Assembly: GCA_964014485.1 (NCBI GenBank)
Contig: CAXHAT010000156.1
Span: forward strand, 1-19,059
Source of the DNA: an uncultured Deferribacteres bacterium
GTDB taxonomy: Bacteria > Zhuqueibacterota > Zhuqueibacteria > Zhuqueibacterales > Geothermadaptataceae
DNA: 19,059 nucleotides
Reading direction: 5' to 3'
In this document: piece after piece, positions 1 through 8,909 of the stretch
Layout: each line of letters begins with the position of its first letter
How positions within the stretch are numbered: position 1 is the first letter of the stretch
The notes under the pieces: model-generated
What the model was told of the DNA's origin: nothing
What the model saw: the letters and a program-made list of their open reading frames with translations, nothing else
The model's database searches: none
Program-made: the position numbers and the translations under genes

Positions 1-2
1 AA

Positions 3-1577
3 TTAGACGCCAAAGACAAAACCATTCAAAAAATCCTGCCGATTCCTCTGCTCTTGCACGAAACCGCCGACCGAAAAGCGTCCGCCACGCGCGACTCGAG
101 GCTGTCACATTGGAACCCCGGCGACGAGCAGGTGCATCTCGTTTTTAGCGCTGCTTTACAAGCGAATGATTTTACAGCGATCGCGGAATACATCGTTTTT
201 CAATGGGCGCAAGAAATTCCGAATGCCAAAATACGCTCCGCCGCGGGGCTGGTATTTTCCGAAGAGTGGGGCGGGGAAGGCTACCCGGTTTGGGCCGGAC
301 GGCTTTTTCACAACGGTTATTTTCTTCCGGTCGGAAAACTTTTTACCAACGATCCCGGCCGCGAACATTCCGTGTACATCACGCAAGCGCAACTGGCGAC
401 CTTCCTGCAATTCATTTTGTTCCATGACGGCGTCGACAGTTTCAAACAACTCCTTCGAAACACGCCTGCGCAGATGTCGGCGGAGGAGGCCGAAAAACGC
501 ATTCCCCAAGGTTTGCAAGACTCATGGAGCAGATGGTGCAAAGCCATGCTGCCAAAAGCTCGACCAGAACCGATTACTGGTAAAGCAGGTTTTCAACGCG
601 GATTTTGTTACGCTCACGAAGGGTACCAAATTTACAACGGCTACCTGGGCTCCACCTCAAAAACTGCATTGGATAAACTGGCCGAGATTGGCGCCAACGC
701 GATTTCCATCACGCCGTTTGCTTATCCTTCCGGCGGCGCGAATCGCCCGGCTCCGTTGCGAAAAAGTATGGGGCTGGGTTCTGAAAACGACGAGAGCGTG
801 ATGGTTTCGGCAACGTTTGCGCGCGAGCATGACATGGAAATTATGCTCAAGCCGCACATCTGGATTGGCGGCGGTTCGTGGCCCGGCGATATCAAAATGT
901 CCAGCGACGCTGATTGGGAAAAGTTTTTCGAACACTACGAGCAATGGATGACGCACTACGCGATTTTGGCTCAAATGCATCGCTTTGAGAGCCTGGTTAT
1001 CGGCGTGGAGCTGGTGCAGGCGACCGTTGGCCATGAAGACGCCTGGCGCAAAATGGCGGCGAATTTTCGCAAGCTCTACGGCGGCAAAATTACTTACGCA
1101 GCAAATTGGGGCGAAGAAGCGGAAAACGTCACTTTTTGGGATGCGTTCGACGCTATCGGCGTGAATTGCTACTACCCGCTTTCAAAAAACAGCGACGCCA
1201 CCGACGAAGAATTATTGGCTGGCGCCAGAGCGGTTGCTGAAAGAGTGGGGAAAATTGCCAAGAAATATCAAAAACCGTTGCTGCTCACGGAAGTCGGTTT
1301 CGCTAGCCGCCCCGAACCGTGGATTGAGCCGCACAAGGACGGTTGGCGCCAAACGCCGCAAACCGAAGGACAAAAGCGCTGTTATGAAGCGCTCTTCAAC
1401 GCTTTTTATCACCAACCCTGGCTTGCCGGCATGTACTTGTGGAAGTGGCCGACCTACCTTGAAGACGGCGGCGCCAATCATTCGGGGTTCACGCCAAACG
1501 GCAAAGTGACGCAGGAAGTCGTCCGCGCCTGGTACGGCAAATCCAAGCAGAACGCGCCTCTTCGGTCGTCCCGTTAG
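3..1577 (+). CDS. Glycoside hydrolase family 113-like (GTA TIM-barrel-like) protein with N-terminal extension; 5' end lies outside the window
   Basis: Frame is open from base 3 (LDAKDKTIQK...) to TAG at 1577. The C-terminal part has GH113-type motifs: GANAISITPF, IMLKPHIW, IGVEL (acid/base Glu), ITYAANW, FWDAFDAIGVNCYYPL, LLTEVGF (nucleophile Glu), WLAGMYLWKW. Confidence 0.8.
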   Translation, partial: LDAKDKTIQKILPIPLLLHETADRKASATRDSRLSHWNPGDEQVHLVFSAALQANDFTAIAEYIVFQWAQEIPNAKIRSAAGLVFSEEWGGEGYPVWAGRLFHNGYFLPVGKLFTNDPGREHSVYITQAQLATFLQFILFHDGVDSFKQLLRNTPAQMSAEEAEKRIPQGLQDSWSRWCKAMLPKARPEPITGKAGFQRGFCYAHEGYQIYNGYLGSTSKTALDKLAEIGANAISITPFAYPSGGANRPAPLRKSMGLGSENDESVMVSATFAREHDMEIMLKPHIWIGGGSWPGDIKMSSDADWEKFFEHYEQWMTHYAILAQMHRFESLVIGVELVQATVGHEDAWRKMAANFRKLYGGKITYAANWGEEAENVTFWDAFDAIGVNCYYPLSKNSDATDEELLAGARAVAERVGKIAKKYQKPLLLTEVGFASRPEPWIEPHKDGWRQTPQTEGQKRCYEALFNAFYHQPWLAGMYLWKWPTYLEDGGANHSGFTPNGKVTQEVVRAWYGKSKQNAPLRSSR

Positions 1578-1614
1578 CCCGGCGCCCCCACCTAAGTATC
1601 TGGGATTAATTCAC

Positions 1615-1642
1615 TTGCAAAAGAAAGCCTCCCGACTATTTT
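1615..1642 (+). promoter_or_regulatory. Possible sigma70 promoter for the DUF1761 gene
   Basis: TTGCAA (1615-1620), 16 nt spacer, TATTTT (1637-1642), in an AT-rich intergenic region about 50 nt upstream of the ATG. Confidence 0.3.
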
Positions 1643-1692
1643 CTTCAATTCATTAGTTCTTTTTATTACTCATATTGAAGGAGGGAGTTCTT

Positions 1693-2133
1693 ATGCCGGA
1701 AATTCAAGTGAATTTCGTCGCGATTCTTGTCGCGGTTGTGGTCAATTTTGTTTTGGGGTTTATCTGGTACACCCCGCTTTTCGGCAAGACGTGGGCCGTT
1801 GAAATGGGCTTTGATCCGAACGAAAAGCCGGAAAGTTCCGCCATGGCCAAGGGCATGATTTTCATGATCATAGGAAATTTTCTGTTCGCTTATGTGCTGG
1901 CGCATAATATGGCGGCCTGGAGTCCGGCCACTTGGGGAGCAACGAATTATGCGGGACTACCAACGTCGGAAATCATCATGAACACGGCGCTCTTTACCTG
2001 GCTGGGCTTTTTCCTGCCGGTCGATTTAGGAACAGTCGCCTGGGAGAAGAAGTCCTGGAAATTGTTCGGGATCAACACCGGCTACCATCTTGTTTCCATT
2101 GCAGTTGTCGCCACGATTCTGGCTATCATGTAG
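1693..2133 (+). CDS. DUF1761 family membrane protein
   Basis: VNFVAILVAVVVNFVLGFIWYTPLFGKTW N-terminus, about four hydrophobic segments, and C-terminal W-x-LFGINTGY. ATG at 1693 follows an AGGAGGGAG RBS. Confidence 0.85.
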   Translation: MPEIQVNFVAILVAVVVNFVLGFIWYTPLFGKTWAVEMGFDPNEKPESSAMAKGMIFMIIGNFLFAYVLAHNMAAWSPATWGATNYAGLPTSEIIMNTALFTWLGFFLPVDLGTVAWEKKSWKLFGINTGYHLVSIAVVATILAIM

Positions 2134-2377
2134 AATTAAAATATGATGCGGCGTTTCCACTCGTTTGATTTTAGCGAGGAAACGCCGTTCTCGGGGCTCT
2201 TGCCTGCTAAATTTCAACTCTCAAAAGAAATCTCAATAAGGCTGATGGAGCAACTTTCGCCGCTTTTTGGTGCGATTTTGTGACTTCATTTTTCTTCATC
2301 ATTTTATCTTTTGACGTTTTTACATAACCAAAAAATTTCGATCTTACCCACTCTCAAATTAATATCGCGAGGATTAT

Positions 2378-3412
2378 ATGACGCAAAATCGCACTGAGCG
2401 AACAAAGTCGCTGGAAATTGCAATGGCGCAAATCGACCGGCAGTTCGGCAAAGGGTCAATTATGCGCCTGGGCGACAATCGGGCAAAAGTACAGATTTCG
2501 GCGATTTCTACGGGAAGCATTTCTCTGGACGCCGCGCTTGGCATTGGCGGCATTCCGCGCGGGCGGATCACGGAAATCTACGGGCCGGAATCCAGCGGTA
2601 AAACGACCTTGACGCTTCATGTTATCGCCGAGGCGCAGAAGGCGGGCGGACTCGCCGCATTCGTGGACGCCGAGCACGCACTGGACGCAGTTTATGCAAA
2701 AGCGCTGGGCGTAGACACGGATAATTTGCTCATTTCACAGCCGGACACTGGCGAGCAAGCGCTGGAAATTACCGAAACTTTGGTGCGCAGCACGGCGCTT
2801 GATATTGTCGTCGTCGATTCCGTAGCGGCGTTGGTGCCCAGAGCGGAAATTGAGGGCGAGATGGGCGACGCACAAGTTGGCTTGCAGGCGCGCTTGATGA
2901 GCCAGGCGATGCGGAAATTGGCCGGGGCGATCAGCAAATCGAACACCTCGGTGATTTTCATCAACCAGATTCGAGAGAAAATCGGCATTATGTTCGGCAA
3001 TCCGGAAACGACGACGGGCGGACGCGCGCTAAAATTCTATTCATCGGTTCGAATCGACATTCGCCGCATTGCGAGCATCAAACAAGGCGATCAAATTTCC
3101 GGAAATCGCACAAAATGCAAAGTTGTCAAAAACAAAATCTCCGCACCGTTCCGCGAGGCGGAATTTGACATTATGTATGGGCTGGGCATTTCCAAAGAAG
3201 GCGATTTGATCGATTTGGCCGTGAAACACGAATTCGTGCAAAAAAGCGGCACGTGGTTTTCTTACGGCGAGGAGCGCTTGGGACAAGGCCGCGAAAATGT
3301 GAAGAAATATTTAAAAGAAAATCCGAAATTGATGGCGACGATTGAAGCGCAAGTGCGTGAAGCGATGGGACTGATCCGACCCGCGGAAAAGCCCGCCGCT
3401 CAAGAAAAATGA
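2378..3412 (+). CDS. recA: Recombinase RecA
   Basis: [11 protein letters not shown], Walker [48 protein letters not shown]. Confidence 0.99.
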   Translation: MTQNRTERTKSLEIAMAQIDRQFGKGSIMRLGDNRAKVQISAISTGSISLDAALGIGGIPRGRITEIYGPESSGKTTLTLHVIAEAQKAGGLAAFVDAEHALDAVYAKALGVDTDNLLISQPDTGEQALEITETLVRSTALDIVVVDSVAALVPRAEIEGEMGDAQVGLQARLMSQAMRKLAGAISKSNTSVIFINQIREKIGIMFGNPETTTGGRALKFYSSVRIDIRRIASIKQGDQISGNRTKCKVVKNKISAPFREAEFDIMYGLGISKEGDLIDLAVKHEFVQKSGTWFSYGEERLGQGRENVKKYLKENPKLMATIEAQVREAMGLIRPAEKPAAQEK

Positions 3413-3972
3413 AACGGGTAAAATTTGTTTTTATCTTCATTGCCCTTTTCGTTGCAACGCTGACGATCTATGGGCAATCAGCGATTGAAAAGCAAATCTC
3501 AAGACTGAACGAAGTGAGTAGTGTTCCTTATATTTGTCGCTCAAAAATTGGTGACTTGGGGTGCGGCGACGCATTGTTTTGGACCATTGTTCGCGGAAAG
3601 TTAGCCGCCGTCCCGCTTTTGATCGAAAAATTAGACGATTCGACGCGAACTTTAAACCCTGTGCCAAATACCGGCGGGGATTATACAGTCGCGGATTTGG
3701 CATTAGCCGCACTTCGTGAAATTATCTACGGTATTCCGATATTGGAACTCGCTGAAGATCCGGACTCTCCCGAACCTCGAAATGGAGGGCAGGGGTATTG
3801 GAATTATACCCGCAGAAAACACGCCAACCGCATCAAGTTCAAAAAAAGAGTCGCTGATTGGTTCGACGCAAATAGGGGCAGACTCATCTGGGTTAAAAGT
3901 GATAGACCTCTATCATGTGATTGCTTTTTCGCCCATCCAAACGGCGGCCATTACACAGTCAAGCAGAAGTGA
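3409..3972 (+). CDS. Hypothetical secreted protein
   Basis: 187 aa ORF whose ATG overlaps the recA stop (ATGA). N-terminus [22 protein letters not shown] looks like a signal peptide; four Cys; no family recognised. Confidence 0.7.
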   Translation: MKRVKFVFIFIALFVATLTIYGQSAIEKQISRLNEVSSVPYICRSKIGDLGCGDALFWTIVRGKLAAVPLLIEKLDDSTRTLNPVPNTGGDYTVADLALAALREIIYGIPILELAEDPDSPEPRNGGQGYWNYTRRKHANRIKFKKRVADWFDANRGRLIWVKSDRPLSCDCFFAHPNGGHYTVKQK

Positions 3973-3991
3973 CAACCGGGAAAGTACTTAA

Positions 3992-4642
3992 ATGTCAGAA
4001 ACGTCCCCGTCCGGACGCTTAACCGCGATTGAACCGCAGAAAAAACGCCCTTCCCGCGTTTCCGTGTTCATCGACGAATCCTTTGCTTTCGGGCTTGACC
4101 GGGAAGTTCTGGAGAAGTTCCAACTCCGCGTCGGCGATTTTATTGAAAGTGAAACGATTCAAAAAATTCTCAATGACGAAGAATTCAAAGGCGCGTGCAG
4201 CCGCGCCTTTCGTTTTTTGGCCTCCCGTCCGCGCAGCCGCCAGGAAGTGATAAAGCGTCTCACTGAATTTCAATATCCCGAAACCGTCGTTCATCGCGCC
4301 ATCGAAAGATGTGAGAAACTTGGCTACATCGACGACAGCATTTTCGCAAAACAATACGCCGACGCCATGATCCGTCAAAAAAGCGTCGGCCGGCGCTGGC
4401 TGCAAGAGCGTCTGCGCCAATTGGGCGTTTCCGAACCGACTCGCGACGCGGCAATTTCCGAAGCTTACGCTCAAGTTGACGAGCAGAATTTGGCGCGAAA
4501 GCTTGCCGAAAAACGTTCTGCCCGACTCAAAAATCTGCCGGTTCCTCAAGCCAAAGCCCGCCTCGCCGCTTTCTTGCAAAGAAAAGGCTTTTCATGGGAA
4601 GTCATTAACGCCGCGCTTGCGCGGTTTTTCCCGCAATCATAA
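3992..4642 (+). CDS. recX: Regulatory protein RecX (long form)
   Basis: IEPQKKRPSRVSVFID N-terminus, AFRFLASRPRSRQEV, GYIDDSIFA, LAAFLQRKGFSWEVI; downstream of recA. Confidence 0.95.
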   Translation: MSETSPSGRLTAIEPQKKRPSRVSVFIDESFAFGLDREVLEKFQLRVGDFIESETIQKILNDEEFKGACSRAFRFLASRPRSRQEVIKRLTEFQYPETVVHRAIERCEKLGYIDDSIFAKQYADAMIRQKSVGRRWLQERLRQLGVSEPTRDAAISEAYAQVDEQNLARKLAEKRSARLKNLPVPQAKARLAAFLQRKGFSWEVINAALARFFPQS

Positions 4643-4766
4643 CAAAACAATTGCATGTTTTTTTTTACAAACTGTTGTATCTTCCCGCCTTACGCAGACC
4701 ACATCGAAACCGCATATATTCTCTTGGTTATTGTGACTTTTCCATAAAGCCGACTCCTGCCCAAAA

Positions 4767-4834
4767 TGTCGTTCAGGAGGAATCTATTTGGCCCAATCCT
4801 TTAGTTCAGCCAAATAGACTCATCCTGAATGACA
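4767..4834. repeat. REP-like inverted doublet, family A (TGTCATTCAGGAGGAATCTATTT)
   Basis: Left arm 4767-4792 tgtcgttcaggaggaatctatttggc and right arm 4809-4834 gccaaatagactcatcctgaatgaca are 23/26 complementary. The same motif occurs at 9757, 10188 and 10308. Confidence 0.9.
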
Positions 4835-4864
4835 CGATTGGCGGAGCGTGAAAACGACAGTTAG

Positions 4865-5007
4865 CCTGAACTATTCATAAGCGTCATTCCCGCGCAGGCG
4901 GGAAGCCAGAAATACCAATGACTGGAGTGCAATTCTGGATACCCGCCTGTGCGGGAATGACATTTTGAGCAGTTGAGTGTAAATTGGCGGTTAATGAATA
5001 ACTCAGG
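4865..5007. mobile_element. 143 bp MITE-like element with CCTGA.. terminal inverted repeats and TTAG direct repeat (IS1380-like ends)
   Basis: TIRs cctgaactattcat (4865-4878) and atgaataactcagg (4994-5007) match 12/14. TTAG flanks both sides (4861-4864, 5008-5011). Non-coding. Confidence 0.7.
4883..4961. repeat. REP-like inverted doublet, family B (GTCATTCCCGCGCAGGCGGGAA)
   Basis: gtcattcccgcgcaggcgggaagccagaa ... ttctggatacccgcctgtgcgggaatgac; each arm is itself palindromic (TTCCCGC-N4-GCGGGAA). Confidence 0.9.
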
Positions 5008-5046
5008 TTAGAAATCAAAAAATCTCAGGATTAACTTAGAACAGAA

Positions 5047-7680
5047 ATGATGAAAGCCTCAGAAGTCAGACAATCTTTTTTAGACTTTTTTAAAAGCAAA
5101 GAACACAGCATTGTGCCAAGCGGTACAGTAGCGCCTTTGGACGATCCGACCCTGCTTTTTACCAACGCGGGGATGAACCAATTCAAGAATATTTTTCTCG
5201 ACCTCGAAACGCCGACCAGCAAACGCGTCGCCGATACGCAAAAATGTATCCGCGCCAGCGGCAAGCATAACGATTTGGAAGAAGTCGGCTATGACACCTA
5301 CCACCACACTTTTTTTGAAATGCTCGGCAACTGGTCGTTCGGCGATTATTTTAAAAAAGAAGCCATTGCCTGGGCCTGGGAGCTTTTGACGGAAGTTTGG
5401 GGGCTGCCGAAAGACCGCCTCTACGCTACGGTTTTTGCCGGAGATGAGAGCGACGGTCTGGAGCCCGACACGGAAGCGGAACAACTTTGGAAAGAAGTGA
5501 CGGACATCGATCCCAGCCACGTTTTGCGCTTCGATAAGAAAGACAATTTTTGGGAAATGGGCGCATCCGGCCCTTGCGGCCCTTGTTCAGAAATCCACAT
5601 CGATTTAACGCCGGACGGCAGCGGCGGCAATCTCGTCAATGCCGACAGTCCGGACGTAATCGAAATCTGGAATCTGGTTTTTATCCAGTTCAATCGCGGC
5701 AAGGACGGAAACTTGGAAAAACTCCCTGCGGTTCATGTCGACACGGGCATGGGATTCGAACGCGCCGTTCGTGTTTTGCAAAACAAGACGTCCAACTACG
5801 ACACGGATATTTTTACCCCGCTTATTGCAGCGGTTGAAGAACTTTCGGGCGTAAAATACACTGGTGAGGGCGACGGCGTTGCGCATCGCGTCATCGCCGA
5901 CCATATTCGCACGCTGAGCTTTGCTATTGCCGACGGCGCCATGCCTTCCAACGAAGGGCGCGGCTACGTTTTGCGCCGCATCCTCCGACGCGCCTCGCGC
6001 TACGGCCGCACGCTGGGTTTAAACGAACCGTTTTTCTATAAGCTTGTCGCGACTCTCGCCAAGACGATGGGTGACGTTTTCCCGGAACTTCGCGAGAAGC
6101 AAGAATACGTTGCGCTCGTCATCAAATCCGAAGAAGAAAACTTCAACAATACGCTCGATCGCGGCCTGGAAATTTTCGATAAAATCGTCGCGGTTTTGAA
6201 AGCTCAAAAAAGCGACACAATCGCCGGGGAAGACGCTTTTAAGCTTTACGACACTTACGGCTTTCCGCTCGATTTGACAGAATTGATGGCGCGCGAGCAG
6301 GGTCTTTCCGTAGACGCCGATGGTTTCGAGAAAGCGATGGAAGTGCAACGCACGCGGGCTCGTGAAGCGGGGAAATTTGAGCTTAATATCGATTTTCAAC
6401 CGGACGACTGGCCGGCGCTCTCGGAGGGCGAAGCTTCGAAATTCGTCGGCTACGATCAACTCGAAACCGCCACTGAAATTCGCAATCTTGTTGATAGCCC
6501 TGACGGCGTTTTATTCACGCTCGCTGAGACGCCTTTTTACGCCGAATCCGGCGGCCAGGTTGGCGATAAAGGCGTCGTTAAAGGCGACGGTTTCGAAATT
6601 GACGTTTTTGACGTTCGCAAAATCGGTTCGCACGTTGTGCATATTGGAAAGATGAAAAGCGGGACCGCGGCCTCGCCGAATGTGAACGCAGAAGTGAACC
6701 AGGCTTTGCGCAAAGACACGGCGCGCAACCACTCATCCACGCACCTTTTGCACCAGGCGCTGCGCGATACGCTCGGAACGCACGTTTCGCAGGCGGGAAG
6801 TTTGGTTGCGCCGGATCATTTACGTTTTGACGTGACGCATTTTCAGCGCATTTCGCCGGAAGAGTTGGAAAAAATCGAAACTCAGGTTAACGAGCATATT
6901 CGAGCCAATTTGCCGGTGACCACGACGAACATGTCCTACGTTGAAGCGCGCAAACTCGGCGCGATGGCGATTTTCGAAGAGAAGTACGGCGAGACTGTTC
7001 GCGTCGTGAAAATGGGCGATTACAGCCTGGAACTCTGCGGCGGTACACACCTGAATCACACTGGAGAAGCGGGTTATTTCAGAATCTTGAGCGAAAGCAG
7101 CGCAGCAGCGGGCATTCGTCGTCTTGAGGCTGTGACAGGCTCGAAGGCCGATGCGCTTTTGCGTTCGGAAAAGAAAGTCCAGAACCACTTGCGGGAAATG
7201 CTCAACAGCGACCTTGAAACCCTGCCGGAACGAGTTCATGAAATTCTGGAACAACGTAAAAGTCTTGAGCACGAGGTGGCCCGGCTGCGTATGAAAATGG
7301 CGCAGAGAGAAATCGTTGAATTAGCGGGCGCCGCTGAATCTTTCAATGGTTTTCGCTACGTCAGCTCTAAAGTCGCGGCGACTGACGTGAACGAATTGCG
7401 GAATATGAGCGATACCTTACGCAACAAACTCGGCTCAGGCGTTGGCGTGCTCGGCGCCGCAATCAACGACAAAGTTTCCTTTGTCTGCATCGTCACCGAT
7501 GATTTGATTAAAGAGCACAAGCTGCGCGCCGGCGACATTGTCAAGCGCGTTGCTCAAATTGCCGGCGGCTCGGGCGGCGGCAAACCGCATTTGGCGCTTG
7601 CGGGCGCGAAAGAGATCGGCAAGCTCGACCAAGCTCTTGCGAGCCTTCCCGCAATTTTGAAAGACTTGACCGGTAACTAA
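5047..7680 (+). CDS. alaS: Alanine--tRNA ligase
   Basis: DPTLLFTNAGMNQFK, HHTFFEMLGNWSFGDYFK, DTGMGFER, editing-domain HSSTHLL and ELCGGTH, C-terminal GGSGGGKP. Confidence 0.99.
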   Translation: MMKASEVRQSFLDFFKSKEHSIVPSGTVAPLDDPTLLFTNAGMNQFKNIFLDLETPTSKRVADTQKCIRASGKHNDLEEVGYDTYHHTFFEMLGNWSFGDYFKKEAIAWAWELLTEVWGLPKDRLYATVFAGDESDGLEPDTEAEQLWKEVTDIDPSHVLRFDKKDNFWEMGASGPCGPCSEIHIDLTPDGSGGNLVNADSPDVIEIWNLVFIQFNRGKDGNLEKLPAVHVDTGMGFERAVRVLQNKTSNYDTDIFTPLIAAVEELSGVKYTGEGDGVAHRVIADHIRTLSFAIADGAMPSNEGRGYVLRRILRRASRYGRTLGLNEPFFYKLVATLAKTMGDVFPELREKQEYVALVIKSEEENFNNTLDRGLEIFDKIVAVLKAQKSDTIAGEDAFKLYDTYGFPLDLTELMAREQGLSVDADGFEKAMEVQRTRAREAGKFELNIDFQPDDWPALSEGEASKFVGYDQLETATEIRNLVDSPDGVLFTLAETPFYAESGGQVGDKGVVKGDGFEIDVFDVRKIGSHVVHIGKMKSGTAASPNVNAEVNQALRKDTARNHSSTHLLHQALRDTLGTHVSQAGSLVAPDHLRFDVTHFQRISPEELEKIETQVNEHIRANLPVTTTNMSYVEARKLGAMAIFEEKYGETVRVVKMGDYSLELCGGTHLNHTGEAGYFRILSESSAAAGIRRLEAVTGSKADALLRSEKKVQNHLREMLNSDLETLPERVHEILEQRKSLEHEVARLRMKMAQREIVELAGAAESFNGFRYVSSKVAATDVNELRNMSDTLRNKLGSGVGVLGAAINDKVSFVCIVTDDLIKEHKLRAGDIVKRVAQIAGGSGGGKPHLALAGAKEIGKLDQALASLPAILKDLTGN

Positions 7681-7691
7681 ATCTCCAGTTC

Positions 7692-7753
7692 GACGCAAGC
7701 CGCAAACACACAAAAGTCATGTCATCGTTTTTGTACGTTTGCGGTTTTGCGTC
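7692..7753. repeat. Intergenic imperfect inverted repeat with CGCAA periodicity (family D); may act as a hairpin or attenuator after alaS
   Basis: gacgcaagccgcaaacacacaaaa ... ttttgtacgtttgcggttttgcgtc; similar layout at 14128-14201. Confidence 0.7.
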
Positions 7754-7783
7754 CAATAATTCACAACTCTCCTCGGAGAAATT

Positions 7784-8530
7784 TTGTCCATTTTTCGCGA
7801 CCTGTTAAAAACGGCGAATGAGCGCGGCGGCGGGTACATCGTGCTCATCGATCCGGACAAGCTCGAAAAGGCGAAAAGCATTGATCTGGCGGCAAAAGCG
7901 GCGCGCGGCGGTGCGGACGCAATTTTTGTCGGCAGCAGCATGCTGCTCAATTCCGGGCTCGACGACCTGGTCAAAGCGATCAAAAACGTTGTTGACATTC
8001 CGGTCATCATGTTCCCCGGCAGCACGATGCAAATTTGCAAACACGCCGACGCGATTCTTTTTTTGTCGCTGATTAGCGGTCGCAACCCGTACTATTTAAT
8101 CGGCGAACAAGTCAAGGCGGCGCCGATCATCCGCCATCATGGCGTGGAGCCAATCAGCACCGGTTACATGCTCATCGAATCCGGCAAATTAACCAGCGCA
8201 GAATTTATGAGCAACACGCGCGCAATGCCGCGCGGCAAATTTGACATTGCGAAAGCCACGGCGCTGGCCGCACAATACCTCGGCATGAAAATGATCTACC
8301 TCGAGGCTGGCAGCGGCGCCGAAAAGGCGGTTAAAGTCGAAATGGTGCGTGAAGTTTCGGACTACGTCAACCTTCCGGTTATCGTCGGCGGCGGCTTGCG
8401 CAAGCCGGAACAAGCCAGAGCCCGCGTTGAAGCCGGGGCGAATTTTATCGTCACGGGCAATGTGCTCGAATCCAACTCCGATCTCAGTCTTATCAGAGCT
8501 TTCGCTGAAGCAACGCATGTGAATGAGTAA
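7784..8530 (+). CDS. Geranylgeranylglyceryl/heptaprenylglyceryl phosphate synthase (PcrB/GGGPS family, group II-like)
   Basis: VLIDPDK, ADAIFVGSS, PVIMFPG, LSLISGRNPYYLIGEQV, STGYMLIESG, YLEAGSGA, IVGGGLR, IVTGN; TTG start after GGAGA. Confidence 0.93.
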   Translation: MSIFRDLLKTANERGGGYIVLIDPDKLEKAKSIDLAAKAARGGADAIFVGSSMLLNSGLDDLVKAIKNVVDIPVIMFPGSTMQICKHADAILFLSLISGRNPYYLIGEQVKAAPIIRHHGVEPISTGYMLIESGKLTSAEFMSNTRAMPRGKFDIAKATALAAQYLGMKMIYLEAGSGAEKAVKVEMVREVSDYVNLPVIVGGGLRKPEQARARVEAGANFIVTGNVLESNSDLSLIRAFAEATHVNE

Positions 8531-8544
8531 CTGATGTTACACGC
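8531..8544 (+). mobile_element. Orphan left end of the CTGATGTTAC(G/A)C MITE family
   Basis: ctgatgttacacgc immediately after the GGGPS stop codon matches the TIR at 15559 and the copy at 18967. No clear right end nearby. Confidence 0.6.
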
Positions 8545-8574
8545 TGGTCCTAAAATATAAACAGCTATCGTTTC

Positions 8575-8862
8575 GTCATTCCCTCGGAGGCGGAAATCCA
8601 ATAAATTGCGCAAGACTTCTGGATTCCCGTCTCCACGCTGGTGCGATAAAAACAATGTGGATAACTTGCAAATGTCTCATTAGCGCCGGGCTTCAGCCCG
8701 GTGATGAGCGTGAATTCTTTCTTCTTTTTCTCCCATCGCGCTGGCGCGATGGGAGAAAAAGGGGATGCGCTTTACCTCGTCCCCGCGCTGAAGCACGGGG
8801 CTAATAAGAGCATCGAGTTATCCACGATCTCTTTATCGACGTGCGCTTCTGCGGGAATGACA
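8575..8862. repeat. Family B REP doublet whose right arm is split by an inserted element
   Basis: Left arm gtcattccctcggaggcggaaatcca (8575-8600). The right arm starts tggattcccgtctcc (8620-8634) and resumes gcgggaatgaca (8851-8862). Confidence 0.75.
8644..8838. mobile_element. MITE-like insert with 23 bp terminal inverted repeats, enclosing a family C REP pair and a perfect hairpin
   Basis: cgataaaaacaatgtggataact (8644-8666) and agttatccacgatctctttatcg (8816-8838) match 19/23. Inner inverted pair 8675-8704 / 8780-8809 matches 25/30. Central 18 bp perfect IR at 8724-8761. Confidence 0.7.
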
Positions 8863-8909
8863 TTCGAGAAGCCGATAAACAAGAAAAGCATCCAGGAAAA
8901 CAACGAAGT

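Noticed and set aside
2134..2377. LexA/SOS box or firm promoter upstream of recA
   Set aside because: TTGACG at 2311 lacks a convincing -10 element, and I recognised no known SOS-box palindrome.
4651..4851. Short ORFs sharing a V(I/V)Q(E/D)ESI peptide (also 9611-9976 and 10141-10326)
   Set aside because: The shared peptide is just the translation of the family A repeat; there is no other coding evidence.
4651..5046. T-box or other leader riboswitch upstream of alaS
   Set aside because: No T-box consensus recognised; the hairpins are accounted for by repeat families seen elsewhere in the window.
8644..8838. Possible replication origin
   Set aside because: Only two DnaA-box-like sites, both explained as TIRs; no DUE or dnaA/dnaN context.
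8841..8909. Extended N-terminus of the PHP phosphatase
   Set aside because: The GTG start lies inside repeat sequence; the family motif begins shortly after Met 8910.
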